Below, one piece after another: positions 25,228 to 38,655 of a stretch of 64,000 bases of DNA (positions are counted from its first letter, which is position 1; each line of letters starts with the position of its first letter). The DNA is from Pristiophorus japonicus (Eukaryota). The notes below the pieces were generated by a model. The model saw nothing but the letters and a program-made list of their open reading frames with translations. It was not told the origin of the DNA and did no database searches. The stretch lies in assembly GCF_044704955.1 (NCBI RefSeq), contig NC_091981.1, positions 101,308,001 through 101,372,000 of the forward strand. The letters are read 5' to 3'. Made by a program: the position numbers and the translations under genes.

Positions 25228-26375
25228 CATAGAAACATAGAAAATAGGTGCAGGAGAAGGCCATTCGGCCCTTCTAGCCTGCACCGCCATTCAATGAGTT
25301 CATGGCTGAACATGCAACTTCAGTACCCCATTCCTGCTTTCTCGCCATACCCCTTGATCCCCCAAGTAGTAAGGACCAAATCTAACTCCTTTTTGAATAT
25401 ATTTAGTGAATTGGCCTCAACTACTTTCTGTGGTAGAGAATTCCACAGGTTCACCACTATCTGGGTGAAGAAGTTTCTCCTCATCTCGGTCCTAAATGGC
25501 TTACCCCTTATCCTTAGACTGTGACCCCTGGTTCTGGACTTCCCCAACATTGGGAACATTCTTCCTGCATCTAACCTGTCTGAACCCATCAGAATGTTAA
25601 ACGTTTCTATGAGGTCCCCTCTCATTCTTCTGAACTCCAGTGAATACAAGCCCAGTTGATCCAGTCTTTCTTGATAGGTCAGTCCCGCCATCCCGGGAAT
25701 CAGTCTGGTGAACCTTCGCTGCACTCCCTTAATAGCAAGAATGTCCTTCCTCAAGTTAGGAGACCAAAACTGTACACAATACTCCAGGTGTGGCCTCACC
25801 AAGGCCCTGTGCAACTGTAGCAACATCTCCCTGCCCCTGTACTCAAATCCCCTCGCTATGAAGGCCAACATGCCATTTGCTTTCTTAACCGCCTGCTGTA
25901 CCTGCATGCCAAACTTCAATGACTGATGTACCATGACACCCAGGTCTCATTGCACCTCCCCTTTTCCTAATCTGTCACCATTCAGATAATAGTCTGTCTC
26001 TCTGTTTTTACCACCAAAGTAGATAACCTCACATTTATCCACATTATACTTCATCTGCCATGCATTTGCCCACTCACCTAACCTATCCAAGTCACTCTAC
26101 AGCCTCATAGCATCCTCCTCGCAGCTCACACTGCCACCCAACTTAGTGTCATCCGCAAATTTGGAGATACTACATTTAATCCCCTCGTCTAAATCATTAA
26201 TGTATAGTGTAAACAGCTGGGGCCCCAGCACAGAACCTTGCGATACCCCACTAGTCACTGCCTGCCATTCTGAAAAGTACCCATTTACTCCGACTCTTTG
26301 CTTCCTGTCTGACAACCAGTTCTCAATCCATGTCAGCACACTACCCCCCAATCCCATGTGCTTTAACTTTGCACA
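25228..26375 (-). mobile_element. Young CR1 (RT C-terminus and 3'UTR)
   Basis: 204-aa open frame plus [16 protein letters not shown] segment; (TTCTATGT)n tail. Confidence 0.95.
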
Positions 26376-26385
26376 TTCTCTTTTA

Positions 26386-26625
<240 letters not shown>

Positions 26626-27802
26626 TCATAGGGGCCCTTTTCTGTGTGTAGGAAAGGTGATTGGAGACTGCATTGTCCTTATTCAAATATTACAAAGACA
26701 ACTCTGCTCCCGTATTTTTTTTTAAAAAGATATCATACGGAAATATTTTTATTGACATTGCAGATAAGATCAATTACATACACTAATAAGCAAATCCAGA
26801 ATGTAAGCTGCTCTTGCAGGACATTTAGTAGTCAAACTTTAAAACATATACATTTACTTGATCCTGGAGAACTCGGGACATAATTAAGCAGTGCTAGAGT
26901 GGTGGTTTCAGATACAATTGTTCTCTCCCTCCTCCAGCCCACTCCCAACATTCATGATGAGTTAAATCACTGAGAAGTACCATCCAATAGCTAGACAAAA
27001 TTGGAGCAAAAGATCTGTCCCCAAGTCACCCACCTGCTTAAATTTCCACAGAAAAGCAGTCATATTTTTGATGGATGGAAAGCAGTTGCTGGGAGGAAGG
27101 AACAAAGTGACTGCCTTGCAGGAATTCCATTTAAATAGTAAACTGAGATCTATTTTTAACCAGCCTTGTGCTTGTTTAAACAATATGAAAATGTACATTG
27201 GAAGACTATTCTAACTTGCAGCAATAATGTCCAAATTTTCACATTTCACATAAGGTTCTTACTGGAGCCGCACACTTGGTGTTGAGATGTTAGGATTCTT
27301 CAATTTTTGTTCGAGAATATAATTTTCTCTGCTTCATTTAACTTCACTCCAAGCCCTTTTCTCATTCACCTCAATTAGCTGCCAGGAGGGAAAGGGTGAT
27401 CCGAGTATAATTCTTTTGCTTCAATTCTTTCCGATTATGGGATAGTCCGACCCTATCGCCCATCCTCTATGATACTGCAGTTTCAGCAACGATTTAGGTA
27501 GCCACATCAGTGTAACTATTTGTACTGCACTTTTTTTTTGAGACATGTGTCTATCAAGCACCCCCCACCCCCCCATGCCCATACTGCACTTTTTGACAGA
27601 CAAGCGCTTGTCAAGCCCCATCCCCATGCTGCATCGGTCAAGCGCGCCCGGTCAAGCTACGCACACCCCCGCCCCCACATCATTCCCTCTATGTGGTGCC
27701 GAGAAGCAGGACATGAGGCCCAAGACTCCGCTGAGGCCCAGACTCGCTCCTCCCCAACTCTTCCTCCTTCCCCCCCCACGACCGTCTTCCCCTGCTCAGT
27801 CC

Positions 27803-28367
27803 NNNNNNNNNNNNNNNNNNNNNNNNNNNNNNNNNNNNNNNNNNNNNNNNNNNNNNNNNNNNNNNNNNNNNNNNNNNNNNNNNNNNNNNNNNNNNNNNNN
27901 NNNNNNNNNNNNNNNNNNNNNNNNNNNNNNNNNNNNNNNNNNNNNNNNNNNNNNNNNNNNNNNNNNNNNNNNNNNNNNNNNNNNNNNNNNNNNNNNNNNN
28001 NNNNNNNNNNNNNNNNNNNNNNNNNNNNNNNNNNNNNNNNNNNNNNNNNNNNNNNNNNNNNNNNNNNNNNNNNNNNNNNNNNNNNNNNNNNNNNNNNNNN
28101 NNNNNNNNNNNNNNNNNNNNNNNNNNNNNNNNNNNNNNNNNNNNNNNNNNNNNNNNNNNNNNNNNNNNNNNNNNNNNNNNNNNNNNNNNNNNNNNNNNNN
28201 NNNNNNNNNNNNNNNNNNNNNNNNNNNNNNNNNNNNNNNNNNNNNNNNNNNNNNNNNNNNNNNNNNNNNNNNNNNNNNNNNNNNNNNNNNNNNNNNNNNN
28301 NNNNNNNNNNNNNNNNNNNNNNNNNNNNNNNNNNNNNNNNNNNNNNNNNNNNNNNNNNNNNNNNNNN
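27803..28367. other. Assembly gap (565 N) flanked by C-rich and G/GA-rich low-complexity sequence
   Basis: Run of N. Confidence 0.99.
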
Positions 28368-29002
28368 GGGGGGGGGGGGGGAAGAGAGAGAGAGATATGG
28401 GGGGGGGGGGGGAAGAAGAGAGAGAGAGACGGACGGGGGGGAGAGACGGACGGACGGGGGAAGAGAGAGAGAGAGAGAGACAGAGGCAGCTGGGGGGGGG
28501 GGAAGAGACAGAGACTGACTGGGTGGGGGCGGCTGCACCTGCACTGGGATAAGGCACTTTGGCTGGGGGAGGGATGCACATGCGCTTGGGTAAGGCACCG
28601 GCTGGGGGAGGCATGCACTTGGATTGGGGTAAGGCCCTTGCTGTCTTCTGTTGCTTCAGGAAGTCAGAGTGGATCGAGTTACAATTTGCAGTCCAAGACC
28701 TTGGGATGGGCGGTTCCAGTTACACATTCCTGTGAAACTTCAGGGTTATCCTCTAAGGGGACCAAAGACAAATGTGGATCATGTACAAAGCGCATCCTTA
28801 ACTAATTGACAATTTTATTCAAACATAAATTGGAAAGAAATATTCCCCATCATTTGAATTCTGTATTAAAGGTGGTGCACCACCACCATAATGCACCTGA
28901 ATGCAGCAGTAATTGGCGTAATGCCAGCCACGTTGTTTCACATACTTCAGAGTGACCACAAAGGTTTCTCAAATTTCTCAGCAGCAGTAGCAAAGTACTC
29001 AC

Positions 29003-29083
29003 CACCATAATTTCCACCTCCATCATAGCCACCACCCTGGTTGCCAAATCCACCACCAAATCCAGGGCCTCCAAAGTTACCAC
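29003..29083 (-). CDS. HNRNPA2B1: hnRNP A2/B1 exon 8 (Gly-rich)
   Basis: ttttaag|...|gtgagt, 81 nt, GGNFGGPGFGGGFGNQGGGYDGGGNYG. Confidence 0.92.
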
Positions 29084-29809
29084 CTTAAAAATAGAACACA
29101 CATTGAATAGCTTATCCAAATCAACCAATTATCTAAAGTTGGTGTGAGATCATAAGGTAAGATACAACAGCCTGAGCTAAATCTGTTCAATAAAAACAAA
29201 TCCTGAAATTACTTAAGTATATAGATAAGTTTGTGTTTGGAAGTAAAGACAAGAAAGGCAGAAACACACAAGAATGCAGTTATTTTACACATAATTTGCT
29301 AGATCATTTAGCAGTTAAATAGGTTTGAAAACAATTAATTTGCAACTTAATTATAAGAATGTAATGGTATGTGGAGGTCACAAACATGGAACTGAACTAA
29401 TCACTGGTCTTCCAGTCTACGGATCGGGTCACACCGGGATGAATAGTAACAGAAAAATGCTATCACTATTGCTCAATTGGAAACTTTTTTCCAAATTCAG
29501 GTCATTATGGGACATATTTCAAAATTGCAAAAAGTTTGGGGTCAGAGCCTCAAGATACATATACAAAGGATATTTGGACATTTTTCAGTTAAGTGCACTA
29601 TATTGTGGTACAGTTCAATCTGAAATTTACAAGTTACTTCTGACCAACAATCAAAAAAATTAGTAACTCCACCGAGTAACGGCCTTACAGACCAAAAAGA
29701 AATCTAGCATATGCCACACTACCCGATTCGAGTTGACAGCAGTTGAACTGCTACAATTGGTGCCAGTAAGTCATTTTTGGAGGGAATGTGGGGAGATAAT
29801 GGAAAAGAA

Positions 29810-30770
29810 TAGAACTATACAAGTTCACAGCACAGGAGGCAGCCATTCGGCCCATCAAATCTTCATTAGGTTTTTGCTATAACAATCACTCATCATCTCA
29901 CTACCCTCCCCCTCTTTTCCTTTCCAATATTTATCCAATTCTCCCTTCAAAAGGTGCAAAGGCCTCTAACTGTGGCAAAACATTCCATGTTCCAACAATC
30001 TATTTTGAGTAAAGAAATTTTTCCCAGTATCTCTCCACTCTCAGTGACAGATGACTCCATTATCACCGACTCCCCAGGAGTAGATAGTCTTGCCTTGTTC
30101 AACTGTTTTCTTATCTTTCCATCCACATCATCCTGGTGAATCTCTAAGATTAATGTCTTAAACGGGGTGCTCAAAACTGCACAGTTCTTCAATTGTACCC
30201 TAAACAAAGTTTTGTATAAACTTCGTACTTTTTGACACCATTCCTCTTTTACAAAACACCAAATTCTATTGGTCATTATTGGCTTTTTTTCTACTTGTAC
30301 TTTCAGGGAATCATGTATTCCCATTATTTATCCAACTGGTCACATCTTCAAAAGAAACTCTAAATGCTCACTAATTTTATCTCAAATTATAGATCCCAAG
30401 TATTTACTCACAACTGAAACTGGTCGATAGTTACCCAGTTAATCCTTCACTCCTTTTTTGAAGATGTTAAGATTGTTTCCTTCCTTCTAGTATCATGTTC
30501 AAATCTGCACAGCTAGAGATTTGAAAAATTGTGGTCATAACCTGTCATCCCCTCTGATTTGCTTCACAGCTTAGGGTGCATACCATCAGGACCGGGTGAC
30601 GTCAAACAAGATCTGTTCATTCTTTCGTAACAAATTCCTTTCCAACAGTTATTTCTAACAATTGTTCCACATCTTTCTCGAATACACCTCCATTCTCACT
30701 TCCATAATTTACAAAAACTGAAAATATTTGATATCATCCTGAAGTCCTATTTAGTGTTTCCCTCTGTCAA
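29810..30770 (-). mobile_element. Old degraded CR1
   Basis: Reverse-complement tail gccattcggcccatc; remnant SLYKTLFRVQL. Confidence 0.55.
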
Positions 30771-31123
30771 TTATCCTTGCTTTAACCCATCATCTTTCAT
30801 GCTATTCTCAGTTTCTGCCATTTATCTCTCTCTCAAGCTGCTCTCTATTATTGCTGCTATTGTTCAGTCAAGCTCTAGCCCCCAATAGCTATCCAATGAC
30901 ATGATGAAAGTGCACCCGGTGGACATAATCAAGGACGGGAACCAGGCTCTGCTACATCAAATAGCCCGCTAACACAAATCAACTCATGAATGGCACTTGG
31001 GCGAAGTACCAGGAGGAATCCATGGAACCATATTCCAGTTCCAATTCAACATCAGAGACAGGAAAAAAAAATAAATGGAAGAGAAAAATTGGGCGAGAAA
31101 GACCAGTTTAAAAAAAAACATAC

Positions 31124-31186
31124 CGCTTCCACTATAACCATTGAAACCAGGACCATCGCCAAAACCACGACCACCCCCAAATCCAT
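31124..31186 (-). CDS. HNRNPA2B1: hnRNP A2/B1 exon 7 (Gly-rich)
   Basis: tcacag|...|gtatgt, 63 nt, NGFGGGRGFGDGPGFNGYSGS; preceded by an 85-nt intron. Confidence 0.92.
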
Positions 31187-31271
31187 CTGTGACAGAAAAA
31201 CATTGTTAAAACATCTTAAAATAACAAATTTTAAATTTAATTTAATAAGCAAATACATTTTCAAAGCTTAC

Positions 31272-31349
31272 TAGGGCCGCCTCCAAAGTTTCCTCCACGT
31301 CCCATAGAAAAATTGCCACTTCCACGGGAGTCTCCTCTAAATCCACCAC
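31272..31349 (-). CDS. HNRNPA2B1: hnRNP A2/B1 exon 6 (RGG region)
   Basis: gacag|...|gtaagc, 78 nt, phase 1-1, GGGFRGDSRGSGNFSMGRGGNFGGGP. Confidence 0.92.
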
Positions 31350-31631
31350 CTGTCATTAACAATACTTGTTACTTTCATTTTGAAGCAATAATACCAAGGA
31401 GACTTCACAAAATCAAAACAGGTTATATTTCATCAGAACATTCTAAATTATAACTCAACAGTGCACACAAGCCTTGATCACAACCACATTTAGGGTCAAA
31501 TCTCTTATGTAATTTCAATGTTTCTTTTGAATTTTAAAATAAATGTTTTAGGAAAAAGGCTTTCTGTATGTTTAATAACAATAGTAAAAAAGAGGATAAA
31601 AAATTGTCCAAACTGTCTCTTGTTCAGATTA

Positions 31632-31751
<120 letters not shown>

Positions 31752-31866
31752 TTATAACAAGAGTAATGCACTGAAGCTACTGAGAAATTATACAGCTATA
31801 AGTATGATCTACTAATAAAGTGTGTGAAAACAATGTAAATCATTTGTGACATTGCTGTAAAAGTTA

Positions 31867-32082
<216 letters not shown>

Positions 32083-33107
32083 CTAAAAATTGAAAAGAAA
32101 TCAATTTTATTCACAAAATTCAGATATCACCTATGTGCAAACTGAATCAAAGTAAACCAGACTACTGCATCAATACATATTTTACTGAAAGGCCAGGATT
32201 CTTGTTTCTTCCAATCTTTATTGGAAAATGCACGTGACCATTGGGTGAAAATAGGATTTGCCTCTGCTGTGATGGATCTGAGCCAATTCTTTTGAGAAGG
32301 GGAAAAAAAGTGTCACCAAAAAATTGCGGTCACCTTAAAAAGAAAAAGCAGTGGACACCATCGTTACAAGTTTTGCATCACTGGGCATATTTCACCACTG
32401 CTGCACATAAGGCCTTGATATGTAGACTCCATTGTCAGTTCTTGACTAAATGAAGGCATGCAAGATTTTAATTAAAAGGTATAAACGGTACAGGGTCTAA
32501 AGAGAATGAAGCTAGGGGTTTCATACATGAAATCGAGCTAATTAATGAGAAAGATCACACCTACTTAGATAATCAAACATTCCTCAATCAATAATTCAAT
32601 TCAATAATAGGAATATACAAATATGTTGCAAACTGTGCAGGTGGAATTCCTGTATGGGGTCTAAATAAGCGAATCTACATTTGAGAGCACTGTAATCACC
32701 CTGCTCTATTAGCTTAAGATAATGCTGCAACATATACCCACAGAAAGTACTTTGCAAAACTCTCACTGATACTAGGCCACAACACAAGTTGATCTCTCAT
32801 GACCAGCAACTTTCCTTAATCATCCCTGACCAGCCAACACAAAATTATTCAAAAAACAAATAGAATGAGAAGTATTTAATTCATTATATATATTCCTTTC
32901 AATTGAAGATTCATGTAACCTAAATTAATAAAACTCATACAAACTGCATTTCTTATGCTCTGGAACAAGGTGGGTCAACCCCAAGGAGGGGTTACTAATT
33001 CCAAAAGCCAAGTTAACAGGATGACTTGTGGACAAACATTCCACCTGCTTGATGCACAACACACAGGGAAATGTTGCTGCTTTTTAAAAGGAAGATTTAT
33101 TATTTTA

Positions 33108-33323
<216 letters not shown>

Positions 33324-33919
33324 TCATGCCGTAACACATTTGAATACAAGTATAACAAACTAATATCTGTATTTTTACATTAATACATTAGAAGTGTTCA
33401 TGGATAGGCTGGGTTTAGTTGATAGCCTAGTTCTTTGAAGGTCACAGTTCAAGTACTCCCTTGGTCAGCATGTAGCCTAAACAGACACACCCAGTTTCAG
33501 GCTACTTCCTGCTCGAACTTTTCCCACCATTGAGTAACTTTTTCCAAGCCATTGCCAAAGGTCAGAAAAACCAGCAGAATGTGACTGGCTATATCTTCTT
33601 GAATATTTAAAAAATATATACGGTTGTTCAGTTGTGACTTGTTGAACATTTTATATAAAGTGCAACACAAAAATAGAAACAGTCTAAAGGCATATTCTCT
33701 CTCATATCATTTCTTAGCTGTTATAGTAGGCAATCTGACCCTTCCTCCCAAAATCAGAGTGAAGACACATTTGAGCTTGGGAACCAAGTGGTATTATTCA
33801 ACAATTGCATTAACAATCTCAATTGGTCATTATTCCATTACTCTTATGAAGGACAGTGATCACCATAAGACTATAAATTATTCTTTCTATCTCAAAACCT
33901 GATCTGTGCAATCTTTTTA

Positions 33920-34057
<138 letters not shown>

Positions 34058-34619
34058 CTAGGGGAAGAGAGATTTTTAATTAGACGTGGCACTCATTTCC
34101 TTTAATAGCTAGAATACCTGCAAATCTAGTACATAAATGGAGAGAATATTGTCGCACTGGGAGGACAGTAGTTCTAGGGCAAAAGCATATTGGGGAGGGT
34201 TACAGGATGCTACGAAAAAAACAGTAACTATTTCATCAGTGAGTGGTCAGTGAAGCCAAAGGCACAGGTACTTGGCAAGGTTGACTTCTTAAATCACTAA
34301 CTTGGTGAGACCTGTAGCTGAATATTTATTTTATAAAATACATGCACATTTGCCCATTGTTGGAAAAATCCTTTCAATATATCCCCTCCTTCTGCTGTGA
34401 CTGGACCCCAATCTGGCCTCACAGTTGGGAGCCAATATCTGCATTTCTTAAAAAGATTTTCACAGTAATGTGAAATGCCTGTACTATTTAAAATAAGATA
34501 AAAAGGGAAACAGGTACAGAGGTTTTTTAAAGCATGAAGCCTGTGAAGGATTTTGCCAAGATTACACTACAAATTCTGGAGGATAGTTAGAAGCTATCTT
34601 GTTTTAAATCAGGACCCAC

Positions 34620-35400
34620 ATCTACACGAACACCTACCTCTCTCAACCACTCCACTGCCTGTTATAATGCTTGTCTGACATCCGGCCCTGGATGAGCCAC
34701 AATTTCCTCCAATTAAAAATTAAGACCAAAACCATTGTTTTAAGCCTTTGCCACAAACTAATTTCCCTCACCAAGCTGAACTTCCATCCCCATAACCACC
34801 TACTTTCACCTCCATCAACATTAGCGCCTCAAACCTTGCTTCAGCTTATCTGTTGCTCAAACTCTCATCCATGCTGTTATCTCCAGACTCGACTATTCCA
34901 ATGCTCTCTTGGCCAGCCTCCCATCTCCCACCCACCATAAACGATCTCATTCAAAACTCTGCTGCCTGTGTCCTATACCACATCAAGTCCTAGTCATCCA
35001 CCATCGCTGTGCTTACTTGACCTACATTGGAGCCCAGTCCACCAACACCTCAAATTTAAAATTCTTATTCTCACGTTTAAATTCTTCTATGGACTTGCCG
35101 CTCTCCATACTTCTAATCTCCTACAACCCTCCAAGAAATCTGCATTGCTCTAACTCCGGCCTCTTGTGCATTCCCCACTCCCTTCGCCCCACCAATGGGA
35201 ACCATGCCTTCAGCCATCCAAGCCCTAAGCTCTGGAATTCCCTCCTTAAACCATTCTTGCCTTCTTTCAGATGCTTCTTAAAACTGACCACGCTTTTGGT
35301 TATCTGTCCTAAGATCTTTGGTGGAGTGTCAGTTTTAGTCTGATTATGCTCCTATGAAGTGTCGAGACATTTTATGACGTTAAATGAGTTATATAAATCC
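34620..35400 (+). mobile_element. LINE-2 3' region
   Basis: LSDIRPWMSHNFLQL...LHWSPVHQHLKFKILILTFK followed by the LINE-2 tail. Confidence 0.8.
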
Positions 35401-36299
35401 AAACTATTGCTGATAGCATGGTATGGTCTTTATTTTATATTACGTAAATATGGGGCGTGTGGATTAAATTAGCAAATGCAGCTCACGAGGAGATGCTGCT
35501 GTGAATCATCGTTCAAGTAGATATAGGATAGCGTGGGTGAACTCGTACAAAAACCTTTATATGGAAATGACATAAAGCAAGACGACATACATGCGAGATT
35601 TGAATTTGAGACAGTAACCAAACAGATTGATTTGTATTATACATTTACTATTCTCATGGCAGGAAAATTAATAAAATCTTTGTCAAGACTTTAAAAAATG
35701 AAGTGTTAAGTTTTTAAAATCAAATGGGAGTACTGCAACATTAGCTAAGGAAAATTGCACAACATGGCATGAATTTAATAAAAGTTATACATTGGAAGAC
35801 AACCTGGAATTTGATTTTTTTTGACACATATGTTCAAAAACAAGCAGAAAAGCGTGACTCCTTTGTTAGACATATGTAAATGGTGATGCAGACAATAAAT
35901 AAATCAGATTGTCTCATTGTTCACAGTCTGTCAGATATGTAATAGAGGGGGGGGGGGGTATTATACCATGTAACAATGCTAAGGTAGACTGGCACCCCAC
36001 AAGGCACTAAAGTAATTAAAAGATCAGCTCTTTCTGCTAAAAGTGGTAGCATTTAAGTTGTAGGTCAATTTAAGACTACAAAGTGCAAATCAGAGCTGGA
36101 TTAAGCACCAAGAATGTTAAGCCCTCAATCCCACCCCCCAGGTCATATGGAATATGCACTCCACAAGCCTAATCACACACTCTCCAAGAGCCACATTTCC
36201 ACCCCAGTTCAGTAATGCAACAATGTGCTGGAACAGAGTCTGCAGCAGGGAGGAAATCTGGCACCTCCTCACTCTAGCAAATTATGTTCTCCCATACCT

Positions 36300-36730
36300 T
36301 TACATGGTCCATGTCTGACTTCCCTTACCAGAATTATGCTCACACCCCTCCTGATACAATCCTAGTCTTTACCTTCCACATTCGACAAATCTTTCCAACA
36401 TGGTCCCACCACCTCCTTCCCACTTCTGAAGGGACTGTTCCCTCCATCACATCCTGGTTCACTCATTACAACAATGATTTTACATTGCTCTAATTCTACA
36501 TTAATGTTCCTAGGTTACAACAGTAACTACTCTCCAAAAGTACTTCATTTGCTGTAAAGCGCTTTGAGATGTCCGGTGGTCGTGAAAGGCACTTTTTATA
36601 TCGACATGTTTTTCTTTCACTCTTGCATCAACCCTGCCACCCATGTTCCTTCCCATACAAATACATCTCCTATACCAGTGTAAGGAATCCAAACACATCT
36701 TTCAGCTGAGACAGCAATTTGTGCACGTTC
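36300..36730 (+). mobile_element. Penelope-like element relic interrupted by a LINE-2 tail
   Basis: Remnants LVFTFH, RDCSLHHILVH and KHIFQLRQQF resemble the Penelope region upstream of GIY-YIG. Confidence 0.45.
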
Positions 36731-37839
36731 TCCTTAAAACCTTTGGTCACCGGTCCTAATATCTCATGTGGCTTGGTGTCAAATTTTGTTTTAGAACACT
36801 CCTGTGAAGTGCCTTGGGACGTTTTACTACATTAAAGACACTATATAAATACAATGTTTCTTCAACCCAATATACCCCATTTACTGCTCACTATACAGTC
36901 TCCACGGAGCAAATGCTCATGTTTTTTGCCCTTTATGTTGTTCCAATGAAGCTGAACACAAGCTCCATGAATTACAGCGTAACTTCTATTACGCACTATA
37001 ATATTGATTTTAACAACTTCAGGAGGAAGTGGTCATGTGGGGTAGATGTGTCAACATTTCCCAGGGATCAGGGAGGGGGCAACAATGATAGGACCATGCT
37101 TGATGTTGGAACACTTCTCTCAGGCTCTTGCAGTCTGTTTGACTTTGGCAGTTTTCATGTTTCTATTTCTACCCATTTCAAGTTGCCCCTTAGTCAAATT
37201 TGAAGTCTCCCTACCTGCAATCCTCTTTCACCAAACCGTTCCCGCCGCCCCGCGCGGAGCTTTGAAAGTAGAAAAGACAGTCTCGAGGAAGCTTTAATAA
37301 ATACGTGTACATTTCTGTAAAAGTACATTGAACCAAAAGCGTTCACTCTGTACTTGCCTTCCACTGAGCCTTTGCTCAAAGAGTGGGTGTGTTGCAACTT
37401 TTGGTGAAGCCAGACCTTCTGGACCGTACAATAAACTCATCGAAAATATAGAATGTTTGGGGTTAAACTGGTGACCGTTTACTAAAATATTGGGAGCCAT
37501 CCTGAAATGTGGCGAGCGCTCGAGCTTCTCAAACCTGGGACGACTTTCTCTGGACATCGCGGGCTAAAATAACTGCAAACGCGATGGGGCCCCGAGCGGG
37601 CAAGTTGTCGAAGGTCTAAAGTTAACCAAATGTGTCTCAGCGAAGGCGTCGAGATTTTTATTTCGATCTCGACGTACTCTCACTTACTGGCTCAGTGGGA
37701 AACGGCTCAGCCTGCGAACGGACTTGGTGTTCAATTCACTTCCGTTATCAGCGCGACATACCTGTGTTTTTTCAATCACAGAGTTCAAAATTTTACATTA
37801 AAAATGCACCACCCCAACCCTCTTTTTTTAATCCCTTAC

Positions 37840-37845
37840 CTCCAT
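37840..37845 (-). CDS. HNRNPA2B1: hnRNP A2/B1 coding exon 1 (ATG GAG = ME)
   Basis: Minus strand reads gcaggATGGAG|gtaagg. The 6-nt coding first exon matches vertebrate HNRNPA2B1; it lies in the CpG-rich region and splices in frame to the next exon. Confidence 0.85.
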
Positions 37846-38007
37846 CCTGCTCGAAAAAAAATAATTTCAAAAAAAAAATCTAAACTTCAACTCAAGCGCT
37901 TCGTAAGTAACGTTATATTTTGATAAAAGTTCGTGTTTGGCTAAAGAAACACGATTAAAGAGCCGAACTCTCGGTCACAGCCTCCTCCCTGCTACCGTTC
38001 AGCTCTT

Positions 38008-38060
38008 TTTCCAGAACCTTCTCTCAACCCCACAAAATGGCCGCCTGGCCATCACGTGAC
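38008..38060. promoter_or_regulatory. Motif cluster: heat-shock element (TTCcaGAAccTTC), YY1 (CAAAATGGCCGCC, 38033-38045), E-box/USF (TCACGTGAC, 38052-38060)
   Basis: Consensus matches read directly, about 160-215 bp upstream of the hnRNP ATG. Confidence 0.65.
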
Positions 38061-38584
38061 GCTTATTTGCCAACGGCAAAATGGGAAAACAAAGCCGGCG
38101 AGCATTTGAAAAAAAAGACGGAAAATACAAGAAAATACCAGAGAATAATTTCATGTCGCCGTTCTAAAAAATAAGTATTTGACAATATGATTTTTTTCTA
38201 CATTTTCTGTATATATTCAATGAACATCGCAATAATTAAGTTGTGAAGGCTTTTGACGGAAAAAGCCGAAACGGTTTCGGCATGACGTGATTTAAAGTAA
38301 CCTTTTTAATATCTGATATAAAATTATTTTTGTAGAAAATTATATTTTTTCTATCTAAAGGCAGTTGAATACATTAATGCAATGTGCAAAAAAAAGGATC
38401 TTAAATTTCAACTAGATCACATGACTGTCGCGAACTCTGAAAAAATACATCGTTTTTGTTATGCGTCTTTTTTTTCAACTAAAAAAGGGCAGATTTTCCT
38501 CTTTGAATTGCAGTTTTGTGTTCATAAATCGTTAATGTTGAGTTAAATTGTATAAATTGTAAACGTGTCGGGAGCACAAGTATA

Positions 38585-38655
38585 CGCATGCGCGCCGTGT
38601 CAGCGCGTGTTTTTGGCGGGACTGCGAGTGAATCCGGAGACGAGCGGCTGTAAGT
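38585..38655 (+). promoter_or_regulatory. CBX3: CBX3 core promoter and probable non-coding exon 1: NRF1 (CGCATGCGC), E2F (TTTGGCGGGA), donor gtaagt at 38650
   Basis: Motif matches. An alternative donor CAG|gtaggg lies at about 38720. Confidence 0.5.

Noticed and set aside
26946-26974. ATGATGA...CTGA resembling a C/D box snoRNA
   Set aside because: Far too short and antisense to the host gene.
27520-28618. ORFs of 270-335 aa
   Set aside because: Artefacts of translating through the N gap and low-complexity flanks.
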